Shown in pieces: positions 7,551 through 15,320 of a stretch of DNA of 18,058 bases. The notes under the pieces are model-generated. The model searched no databases and was not told the DNA's origin. It saw only the letters and a program-made list of their open reading frames with translations. The stretch covers positions 1 through 18,058 of the forward strand of contig BTUM01000124.1 in assembly GCA_045863235.1 (NCBI GenBank). Reading direction: 5' to 3'. Both the position numbers and the translations under genes were made by a program. The stretch is from Candidatus Xenobia bacterium. GTDB lineage: Bacteria; Vulcanimicrobiota; Xenobia; Xenobiales; QWHO01. Every line of letters starts with the position of its first letter. Position 1 is the stretch's first letter.

Positions 7551-8718
7551 CCACCCCGTTCTGAGGGCCGTCCTGGAGGTCTGGCCCGAGGCCGCTCTGG
7601 TGGGCGGCACGGTGCGCGACCTCCTGTGGGGTCTCGAGCCCAAGGACCTCGACCTGGTCATGCCCCGGCCCGTGCTGGGGCCGGCCCGGGCCCTGGCCGA
7701 CCGGCTGGGGGCGAGCTACGTGCTGCTCGACGAGAGCTACGAGATCGCGCGCCTGATCATGCCCGACGCTCTGCAGCTGGATCTGGCTGCCTGTCTCGGA
7801 GCGACGCTGGAAGACGACCTGCGCCGGCGCGACTTCACCCTGAATGCGCTGGCCAGGAGGCTGCGAAACGGCGAGCTGGTGGACCCCACCGGCGGCCTCG
7901 AAGACCTCGAGCAGCGCATTCTCCGCCCCACCTCGCCGGCGGTGTTCCCGGAAGATCCGCTGCGCCTGCTGCGGGCGGTGCGCTTTCTGGCTTGCCATCC
8001 GTTGCGGCCCTCGGAAGACCTCGATGGCCTCCTGCAAGAGCACCACGAGCTGCTCCGCCAGGTCAGCCCCGAGCGCATCCAGGACGAGCTGGCCTTCATC
8101 CTGCGCGCGGGCATGACCTCGCAGCTGGCCCGCCTCAAGTCGACCGGGCTCTACGCGGTGCTCTTTCCCGCTCAGCCCTCCAGCGAGCTGCTCGAGCGGT
8201 TGGAGGCCGATGACCTGGCCTGGCTGGGCGATGAGGCCCCGGCCGTGAGAGCCTGGCTCGATCAGCCCCTGAGCGCCACCCGTGAGCGGCGTCTCTCTCT
8301 GGCCCTGGCGGCGTTGGGCGGGTCCCCCTGGCTCTCTTCGCGGGCCGAGGAGCGTTACCAGCAGCGGGTGCTGGAGCTGGCTCCCCTGGCACTCGGGCTC
8401 ACGGCCGACCGGGGGGAGCGTTTTCGCTGGTTCCGCCGGGCCGGCAGCGAAGCGGTGGATGCCTGCGTGCTGGCCCACCAGATGGACCCCCGCCCCCAAC
8501 TGGCCGAGCTGGTGGGCTCGTATCTGGCTCAAGACCTGGTCGCCTGCCCCGCTCTCCCGGTGGATGGGGCCGACCTGATGCGCGCGCTGCAGCTCAAGCC
8601 CGGCCCCGAGGTGGGACGTCTTCTGGACGAGCTGGGTGCGCTGGCGGCTCAGGAGGGCGTGCTGACCCGCGAGCGAGCTTTGGAGGAGGCTGCCCGGCTG
8701 GTTCAAGCCTCAGGCTGA
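7537..8718 (+). CDS. Class II tRNA nucleotidyltransferase (CCA/poly(A) polymerase family), probably CC-adding type; start uncertain
   Basis: Motif A VGGTVRDLL...DLD, motif B RRDFTLNAL, motif D EDPLRLLRAVRF, motif E VSPERIQDE, C-terminal VDGADLM...LKPGPEVG. The frame is open from 7525. The track GTG 7600 is the Val of motif A, so the real start is probably upstream (CTG 7537, ACG 7543 or CTG 7561). Confidence 0.88.
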   Translation: MRTDSHPVLRAVLEVWPEAALVGGTVRDLLWGLEPKDLDLVMPRPVLGPARALADRLGASYVLLDESYEIARLIMPDALQLDLAACLGATLEDDLRRRDFTLNALARRLRNGELVDPTGGLEDLEQRILRPTSPAVFPEDPLRLLRAVRFLACHPLRPSEDLDGLLQEHHELLRQVSPERIQDELAFILRAGMTSQLARLKSTGLYAVLFPAQPSSELLERLEADDLAWLGDEAPAVRAWLDQPLSATRERRLSLALAALGGSPWLSSRAEERYQQRVLELAPLALGLTADRGERFRWFRRAGSEAVDACVLAHQMDPRPQLAELVGSYLAQDLVACPALPVDGADLMRALQLKPGPEVGRLLDELGALAAQEGVLTRERALEEAARLVQASG

Positions 8719-8772
8719 GTTGACTCCAGCGACACCCTGGGTTCCACGCCCAACTCGCGCAGCTTCCGCAGT

Positions 8773-8798
8773 CGGAAACCCATTGACACGGTTTTCCG
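8773..8798. terminator. Stem-loop between convergent genes, possible terminator without a U-tract
   Basis: CGGAAACC-cattgacac-GGTTTTCCG immediately after the M61 stop codon (8800-8802). One bulge or mismatch, no poly-U. Confidence 0.35.
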
Positions 8799-8799
8799 G

Positions 8800-10527
8800 C
8801 TAGCGCGCCGGCACCGCCTGCCGCCCGCTCATCCATTGCTCCCGTCGCGCCACGGCTGCCGGCCCGGCCTTCGGATCGACCTCCAGCTTCCACGCCCCCG
8901 GCTTGCGCGTAAAGGTGACCTCCAGCCTCACCAGCTTGCCCCGACGGGCCACCAGCAAGCTGGTCTTGTCCCCCACGCGATACAGCTTGAGCCGCTCGTC
9001 CAGCTTGTCGCTCAGCACCCGGTAGTCGCCCAGCGCCAGGATCTCGTCCTCTGCATCCAGCCCGCAAGCAAAAGCCGGCGTGCCACGGGGCACGGCCGTC
9101 ACCAGCAGCCTCCCGTTGTCCACCTTGAGCTTGGCCCCCAGCCACACCGGCTCGGGGCTCCCGTCCGTCGGCGTCTCGGGCGGGGCCAGCTTCAGCCCCA
9201 GCCACTCCAGCGCCGGTCCATAGTCCAGCGGCTCGGTGGTGGCGCTCAGGCGGCGCACGAAGGCGGTCAGGTCGGTGCCGGCCACCTCGCTGATCAGCGC
9301 GATGAACTGCTCCTCGGTGTAGCCGGGCTTGCCCTCACCGTAACGCTCGTTGGCAAGGCACATCACATCGTCCAGGCTCTTGTCCCCGTCCGTCTCCTGA
9401 CGGATGCGCATGTCCAGGATGAACGCGATGGCGGCTCCCTTGTCGTAGTAGCTGATGGCGCTGTTGACCGAGTTCTCGTCCGGGCGGTAGAACTTGATCC
9501 AGGCGTCCCAGGAGGCCTCGCGCACGCTCTGCACCTCGCGTCCCGGCACGGTCTCCACCGATTCCAGCGTGGCCGCCATCTCCTTGAGAAACTCCTTGTC
9601 GGTGATCAGCCCCGAGCGGCGCAGCAGCACCGATTCATAGTAGGCGGTAAAGCCCTCGGCGATCCACAGGCTGGGGGTGTAGTTCTCGGCCTCGTAGTCG
9701 AAGCGATCCAGCTCGACCGGGCGCAGCCTTTTGACGTTCCAGACGTGGAAGAACTCGTGGCTGACCAAAAGCAGCCACTTCACGTACTGCTCGCGCACCC
9801 GGCCGTCGAAGCGGCTACCCATGAGCACGGTGGAGTTCTTGTGCTCCAGGCCGCCGCGCGCTTCCACCAGCAGGTTCAAGAAGGCGTAGCGCGGATACGG
9901 CAGGCCCCCCCAGAAGTCGGAGTGGGCCCGCACGATGGCCTCGGCGTCGCGGGCGGCCTGGGGCAGATCCCACAATCCCCCGTCGTTCCAGGTGGCCAGC
10001 ACGTGCTCTTTGCCGGCCACCTCGAAGCGCGAGACCAGCGGCGAGCCGCACAGGATGGGGCTATCCACCAGCTCGTCGAAGTCGGCGGCCCGGAAGCGGT
10101 GGTCGCCCACCTTCTCCAGGGCCGTCACCACCGAGGTCCAGCCCGGCGGGTTCGCGACGCTGACTTCGTGCGGCTCGCCGAGCATCGAGGGCATGGTGAG
10201 GAAGGTGGGCGCCCCGTTCAAAACGGCGAAGTCGCCTTCGATGAAGTTGGTGCGCACGGTCATCTCGCGTCCGTAGACGCGGTAGCTCACCCGCACGGCC
10301 CGCGGGTCGAGCCGCCAGCGGTTCTTGGAGGTCTTGACCGCCTCCACCGGTTTGCCGGCCTCGTCGTAGGCGGTCAGGCCCTCGATGTTGCGGGCATACT
10401 CGCGCACCAGATACGAGCCGGGCGTCCACACCGCCGCCATGAGCGTCCGCTCGCCCGGAGGCAGCAGCATCTCCACCTCGGCATAGTGGCTCTGGGGAGC
10501 GGGAAACCGCACCGTGTAGCGCATCAT
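8800..10527 (-). CDS. M61 family metallopeptidase (glycyl aminopeptidase-like) with C-terminal PDZ domain
   Basis: 575 aa. WTPGSYLVREYARN, DELVDSPI, GGLEHKNST, HEFFHVWNVKRLRP (HExxH), LWIAEGFT, ISYYDKG, PDZ-like WLGAKL...TPAFACGLDAEDEILAL. GGAGG lies 5 and 8 nt before the tandem ATG ATG. Confidence 0.95.
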   Translation of the reverse strand: MMRYTVRFPAPQSHYAEVEMLLPPGERTLMAAVWTPGSYLVREYARNIEGLTAYDEAGKPVEAVKTSKNRWRLDPRAVRVSYRVYGREMTVRTNFIEGDFAVLNGAPTFLTMPSMLGEPHEVSVANPPGWTSVVTALEKVGDHRFRAADFDELVDSPILCGSPLVSRFEVAGKEHVLATWNDGGLWDLPQAARDAEAIVRAHSDFWGGLPYPRYAFLNLLVEARGGLEHKNSTVLMGSRFDGRVREQYVKWLLLVSHEFFHVWNVKRLRPVELDRFDYEAENYTPSLWIAEGFTAYYESVLLRRSGLITDKEFLKEMAATLESVETVPGREVQSVREASWDAWIKFYRPDENSVNSAISYYDKGAAIAFILDMRIRQETDGDKSLDDVMCLANERYGEGKPGYTEEQFIALISEVAGTDLTAFVRRLSATTEPLDYGPALEWLGLKLAPPETPTDGSPEPVWLGAKLKVDNGRLLVTAVPRGTPAFACGLDAEDEILALGDYRVLSDKLDERLKLYRVGDKTSLLVARRGKLVRLEVTFTRKPGAWKLEVDPKAGPAAVARREQWMSGRQAVPAR

Positions 10528-10579
10528 CTTGTCCTCCGCCTGAACCGAGTGAGCCAGCAGCAGGGTCAGGAGGAGCCGC

Positions 10580-12412
10580 CTAAGGATGCGACATCTCCCA
10601 GTACTCCGGGCTGCGCCACAGGCGCGAGATCAAGAGCTCGCGCTCGAAGATCAGCTCTTTGGGCAACCGGTCATAGAGGCGCAAGAACAGCTCCTCGTGG
10701 GCCAGCGCCTCGCGCTTCCAGGCCTCGCGGTCGACCTTCATGAGCTGGTTGAAGCTCTCTTCCGACATCGAGGTGCCGGTCCAGTCCAGGTCGTGGTACT
10801 GGGGCATCCAGCCGATCGGGCTCTCGATGCCGTAGCCGCGACCGCGCACGCGATCCACGATCCACTTGAGCACGCGCATGTTCTCGCCGAAACCGGGCCA
10901 GAGGTACTTGCCATTCTGGTCCTTGCGGAACCAGTTGACCCGGAAGATGCGAGGAGGATCGTGCACCCAGCGCCCCACGTTGAGCCAGTGGTTGAAGTAG
11001 TCGGACATGTGGTAGCCGCAGAAGGGGAGCATGGCAAAGGGATCGCGGCGCACCTCGCCCAGCTTGCCGGCGGCGGCGGCCGTCATCTCCGAGCCCATGG
11101 TGGCGGCCAGGTAGACGCCGTGGTGCCAGTTGAAGGCCTGGAAGACGAGCGGCATGGTCTCGCTGGCCCGGGCCCCGAACAAGAAGGCGGAGATGGGCAC
11201 GCCGGCAGGATCCTCCCAGGCCGGGTCGATGACCGGGTTCTGGTTGGAGGGAGCGGTGAAGCGCGCGTTGGCGTGGGATGCCTTGCGGCCGCAGCCGGGA
11301 GTCCAGTCCTGGCCCTGCCAGTCGACGAGGTGGGCGGGCGGCTCGTCGGTCATGTCCTCCCACCAAACGTCGCCGTCATCGGTGAGGGCCACGTTGGTGA
11401 ACAGGGTGTTCTTCTCGATGGTCTTCATGGCGTTGGGATTGGACTTCATCGAGGTGCCCGGGGCTACGCCGAAGTAGCCGGCCTCGGGGTTGATGGCGTA
11501 GAGCCGCCCATCGGGGCCGGGCTTGATCCAGGCGATGTCGTCGCCCACGGTCCAGACCTTCCAGCCCTCCAGGCCCGCGGGAGGGATGAGCATGGCCAGG
11601 TTGGTCTTGCCGCAGGCGCTGGGGAAGGCGGCCGCCAGGTAGGTCTTCTCGCCGGTGGGGCTCTCGATGCCCAGAATGAGCATGTGCTCGGCCAGCCAGC
11701 CTTCGTCCCGGGCCATGGCCGAGGCGATGCGCAGGGCCAGGCACTTTTTGCCGAGCAGGGCGTTCCCCCCGTAGCCGCTGCCAAAAGACCAGATGGCGCG
11801 CTCTTCGGGGAAGTGCACGATGTACTTGTTGTCCTTGTTGCAGGGCCAGGGCACGTCGGCCTGGCCGGGGGCCAGGGGTGCTCCCACCGAGTGAAGGCAG
11901 GGCACGAAGTCCTGATCGCCGAGCACGTCGAGCACAGGTTGGCCCATGCGGGTCATGATGCGCATGCTGCACACCACGTAAGGAGAGTCGGTCACCTGGA
12001 CCCCGATCTGGGCGATGTGCGAGCCCAGCGGGCCCATGCTGAAGGGGATGATGTACATCTTGCGCCCGCGCATGCAGCCGTCGAAGAGGCCGATGAGGGT
12101 GGCCTTCATCTCTTTGGGATTGACCCAGTTGTTGGTGGGTCCGGCATCGCCGCGGCCGAGGCTGCAAATGAAGGTGCGGTCCTCGACCCGGGCCACGTCG
12201 CCCGGGTCGGAGCGGGCCAGGAAGCAACCGGGACGCTTCTCCTGGTTGAGGCGAATGAGGGTGCTAGACTGCACCATCTGCTCGCACAGCTCATCGTACT
12301 CAGCCTGCGAGCCATCGCACCAGTGGATGGACTCGGGCTTGCACAGTGCCGCCACCTCCCCGATCCACTGGATGAGCTTGGCGTTCTTCGTGCGCTCCGT
12401 GGTAGCCGGCAT
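10580..12412 (-). CDS. pckG: Phosphoenolpyruvate carboxykinase (GTP)
   Basis: 610 aa. [35 protein letters not shown]-loop [62 protein letters not shown]. Confidence 0.98.
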   Translation of the reverse strand: MPATTERTKNAKLIQWIGEVAALCKPESIHWCDGSQAEYDELCEQMVQSSTLIRLNQEKRPGCFLARSDPGDVARVEDRTFICSLGRGDAGPTNNWVNPKEMKATLIGLFDGCMRGRKMYIIPFSMGPLGSHIAQIGVQVTDSPYVVCSMRIMTRMGQPVLDVLGDQDFVPCLHSVGAPLAPGQADVPWPCNKDNKYIVHFPEERAIWSFGSGYGGNALLGKKCLALRIASAMARDEGWLAEHMLILGIESPTGEKTYLAAAFPSACGKTNLAMLIPPAGLEGWKVWTVGDDIAWIKPGPDGRLYAINPEAGYFGVAPGTSMKSNPNAMKTIEKNTLFTNVALTDDGDVWWEDMTDEPPAHLVDWQGQDWTPGCGRKASHANARFTAPSNQNPVIDPAWEDPAGVPISAFLFGARASETMPLVFQAFNWHHGVYLAATMGSEMTAAAAGKLGEVRRDPFAMLPFCGYHMSDYFNHWLNVGRWVHDPPRIFRVNWFRKDQNGKYLWPGFGENMRVLKWIVDRVRGRGYGIESPIGWMPQYHDLDWTGTSMSEESFNQLMKVDREAWKREALAHEELFLRLYDRLPKELIFERELLISRLWRSPEYWEMSHP

Positions 12413-12422
12413 CAGCGTTGTT

Positions 12423-12430
12423 CCTCCTTA
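12423..12430 (-). promoter_or_regulatory. Strong Shine-Dalgarno site of pckG
   Basis: TAAGGAGG on the minus strand, 10 nt upstream of ATG 12412. Confidence 0.85.
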
Positions 12431-12473
12431 GACGCGGAAGGCGGGAACTTTGCCAGCATGCCGCTTTGATCCT

Positions 12474-13937
12474 TCAGGCGGCGGCGTCGGGAGGCGGCTC
12501 GGGCACCCGGAACTGGCCCTCCCAGCGGGCCACCACGCAGGTGGCCAGGCAGTTGCCGATCACGTTGACCGAGGTGCGGGCCATGTCCATCAACTCGTCC
12601 ACACCGATGATGGCCATGATGGGCCATTCGGGCAGCCCGAAGGAGGCGGCGGTGCCCAGCAAGATGACCAGCGAGGCGCGCGGCACGCCAGCCACGCCTT
12701 TGCTCGTCAGCATCAAGGTACCCACGATGACCAACTGCTGGAAGAAGGTCTGCTCGATGTGGGCGGCCTGGGCCACGAAGATGCTGGCCAGGGCAAGATA
12801 CAGGGTGGTGCCGTCCAGGTTGAAGCTGTAGCCGGTAGGCATCACGAAGGCCACGATCTGCTTGGGGACGCCGAACTTCTCCATGCGCTCCATGGCCATG
12901 GGCAGGGCCGCTTCGGAGCTTGTTGTGGCGAAGGCCAGCGAGACGGGGGGAGCGATGGTGCGGGCGAACTCGCGGATGGGGATGCGGAAAGCCAGCGCCA
13001 CCGGGACCAGCACGAACACGATGAAGGCGATCAGAGCCAGGTACAGGGTGAGCACCAGCTTGAACAGATTGCCCAGGATGTCCAGCCCCATGTGGCCCAC
13101 GGTGTAGGCCATGGCGGCGCCCACGCCGATGGGGGCCATGAGCATGACCAGGCTGGTGAACTTGAACATGACCTCGGACAGGCCTTCGCACAGGTGCAGC
13201 ACCGGCCGCTTGCGGTTCTCGGGCAGCTGGGCCAGGGCGATGCCGAACAGGACGCTGAAGACCACGATCTGCAGCACCTCGCCCTCGGCCACCGATTTGG
13301 CGATGTTCTCGGGGAAGGCGTGCACGATGATCTCGCCCAGCGTGCGCGCCTTGGTGGTGGGCAGCTCCTCCATGTGGGCCGGGGGCTCGGCGCCCACGCC
13401 GGCCTGGCTGATGTTGATGGCGGCCATGCCGATGAAGAGCGCGATGGTGGTGACCACCTCGAAGTAGATCAGCGCCTTGACGCCCATGCGGCCGACCTGC
13501 TTGAGGTTGGAGTGGCCGGCGATGCCGACCACCAGGGTGGCGAACAAAAGCGGCGCGATGATGGTCTTGACCAGGGCCAGGAAGATCTTGCTGAACATTC
13601 GCATGCCCACGCCCACCTCGGGCAGGGAGTGGCCGAGCTCGATGCCGGCCACCATGCTGAAGAAGATCCAGGCGGTCAGGCCGCGTTTGCCCAGGCACCA
13701 CCAGAAGTAGCCCAGCAGGGCCATCCAGCGCCCCACTTCCTTGACCCCGACGTGCAGGTGCCAGGTCTGGCTGGTGTCCCAGAAGGGGTACAGGGCCACG
13801 ACCTTGGAGGGGATACCGGCCACCACGCCGATTGCCAGGATCAACAGGCCAACGGCGATCAGCCCCAGCGAGCGCGGGTCAGGCCGCGACGGGGGGCGAG
13901 GGGGGTCGGGGGGCTGCTCGGGGGCGACGGGCTGCAA
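12474..13937 (-). CDS. gltP: Dicarboxylate/amino acid:cation symporter (DAACS/SDF family), GltP-like glutamate/aspartate importer
   Basis: FLALVKTIIAPLLFATLVVGIA, FATTSSEAALP, PTGYSFNLDGT, SKGVAGVPRAS, DMARTSVNVIGN (D..R...N acidic-substrate residues). TTG start 3 nt after the upstream stop; exact start and substrate uncertain (DctA-like substrates are not excluded). Confidence 0.9.
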   Translation of the reverse strand: MQPVAPEQPPDPPRPPSRPDPRSLGLIAVGLLILAIGVVAGIPSKVVALYPFWDTSQTWHLHVGVKEVGRWMALLGYFWWCLGKRGLTAWIFFSMVAGIELGHSLPEVGVGMRMFSKIFLALVKTIIAPLLFATLVVGIAGHSNLKQVGRMGVKALIYFEVVTTIALFIGMAAINISQAGVGAEPPAHMEELPTTKARTLGEIIVHAFPENIAKSVAEGEVLQIVVFSVLFGIALAQLPENRKRPVLHLCEGLSEVMFKFTSLVMLMAPIGVGAAMAYTVGHMGLDILGNLFKLVLTLYLALIAFIVFVLVPVALAFRIPIREFARTIAPPVSLAFATTSSEAALPMAMERMEKFGVPKQIVAFVMPTGYSFNLDGTTLYLALASIFVAQAAHIEQTFFQQLVIVGTLMLTSKGVAGVPRASLVILLGTAASFGLPEWPIMAIIGVDELMDMARTSVNVIGNCLATCVVARWEGQFRVPEPPPDAAA

Positions 13938-13940
13938 AGG

Positions 13941-15320
13941 CTATTCGAGCACGAAGGTGGGCGTGACCCCTCCACCGGCTGTCACGTTGCAAAGAGCGGT
14001 GGCCGAGAGCCGGGTCAGGAGGCCCTCCACCTCGGCCCCGAACACGAACGGATCAAGGTCCACGGTGTACTCGCCCCAGATGACCTTCTCGCCATCGTAG
14101 TAGGGGAAGTGCTCGCGGGCCACCTCCACCCGGGTCTGGGCCAGGTACCAGCCGCTCAGGGCCGTCTCGATGGCCTTCTCCCACTCTTGCTCGGTGGCTT
14201 CCCAGCCCACGAAGATGCCCTTGCCGCCGTACTCGTCGTTGGGCTTCATGACCAGCTGGCGACGGTTCGCGCGAATCCAGGGCACCAGGTCCACCATCTT
14301 GCCCTCGGGGTCGGTGGTCTTGCCCTCCTGCACTCGACGGGTCCAGGGCACATGGGTGAAGACGGCGTAAAGCTGCTCGCTGGTCATGCCCTCCTGCATC
14401 TCGGGGTCGGTGATGAGGGCGAAGATGGCTTTCTTGTGGAGGAACTTGGAGCGGAACGAGTTCACCATGCAGATGGCCCTGTCGCGATAAGCTTCGAAGA
14501 CCGTTTTGGCCTGGTCGAAGTGCTCGAGATACTCGGTCACGAGCAATCGCCGGTAAATGAGGTCGATCTTGACGCCTTCGCTGGTCAGCTTGCCGTCCTT
14601 GTACTCCAGCTTGCGGGGGTCGGCCACCACGCACTGCGAGCCGCGCTCGGTGAAGTAGCGGCGCAGGATTTCCCACTCGTGCCGGGTGGGCAGACCTTCG
14701 TAGTCGACCACGGCGATGGTGGGGTTGCTGGTGCCGCCCCACTTCTTCCAGGAGCTGAGCAGGGCCTGATAGAGCTGCTCGCGGCAGAACAGGGGGCGCA
14801 CCGGGTAGTCTTCCTGGAAGGCCTTCATGACGCGTGACTCGAGGAAGGCTTCCATCAGGATGTCGCCATAGCCGATGCCGGCAGGGCACTCGGCATTGTA
14901 TTCCACGAAGCGCAGCTTGCCGCCGAGCAAAAAGCTGTCGAGGCGCGAGGAGACCGAGAATTCGGGGTAGCCCGGGTCGATGGCGGTGAAGCGCTTCTCC
15001 TCCTCGGTGAGCCCGAGCCGCTCTTGCAGCGCGGGGGAGGCCACGATGCGGGGCGCGAGCACGTTCATGGCTCCCACCACTTCGCGCACCGCGTTGCGCA
15101 AGAGCTCGAGCTGCTCCTTGCCCACGAAGTGGGGGCGCAGGAACGGGCAGAGCAGGCGCTCTCCGAACAACAGGCCTCGTTCGGCCATGCGCTTTTGCAG
15201 GTTGTTGGCCATCTCGGTCAGCTCGATCTTCTCGAGCAGCTGGTTGTAGCGAGCTGTGGCCTCCAATCGGCGAGGCTCCTTGGCGTCGGCCAGGAGCAAG
15301 GAATCGACTGCGTTACTCAT
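13941..15320 (-). CDS. Circularly permuted ATP-grasp ligase (glutathionylspermidine synthase-like / CP-ATP-grasp type 2)
   Basis: 459 aa. SRLDSF, FVEYNAECPAG (ExN), IDLIYRR, HKKAIFA, VPWTR, LVMKPNDEYGGKGIFVG, DLDPFVF, LTRLS, CNVTAGGG. The RxD and ExN motifs precede the KP..GG loop, as expected for the permuted fold. Confidence 0.9.
   Translation of the reverse strand: MSNAVDSLLLADAKEPRRLEATARYNQLLEKIELTEMANNLQKRMAERGLLFGERLLCPFLRPHFVGKEQLELLRNAVREVVGAMNVLAPRIVASPALQERLGLTEEEKRFTAIDPGYPEFSVSSRLDSFLLGGKLRFVEYNAECPAGIGYGDILMEAFLESRVMKAFQEDYPVRPLFCREQLYQALLSSWKKWGGTSNPTIAVVDYEGLPTRHEWEILRRYFTERGSQCVVADPRKLEYKDGKLTSEGVKIDLIYRRLLVTEYLEHFDQAKTVFEAYRDRAICMVNSFRSKFLHKKAIFALITDPEMQEGMTSEQLYAVFTHVPWTRRVQEGKTTDPEGKMVDLVPWIRANRRQLVMKPNDEYGGKGIFVGWEATEQEWEKAIETALSGWYLAQTRVEVAREHFPYYDGEKVIWGEYTVDLDPFVFGAEVEGLLTRLSATALCNVTAGGGVTPTFVLE

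Noticed and set aside
12441..12456. Possible sigma54 promoter (CTGGCA...GG-N10-GC) upstream of pckG
   Set aside because: The -12 element reads CCGC rather than TTGC, and such spacing arises easily by chance in GC-rich DNA.
3742..14837. Long antisense ORFs (3742-5397, 7498-8706, 8836-10743, 10586-12469, 12450-14837, also 16221-17351)
   Set aside because: They mirror well-supported genes on the opposite strand. Stop-poor antisense frames are expected with high GC3, and they contain no recognisable motifs.
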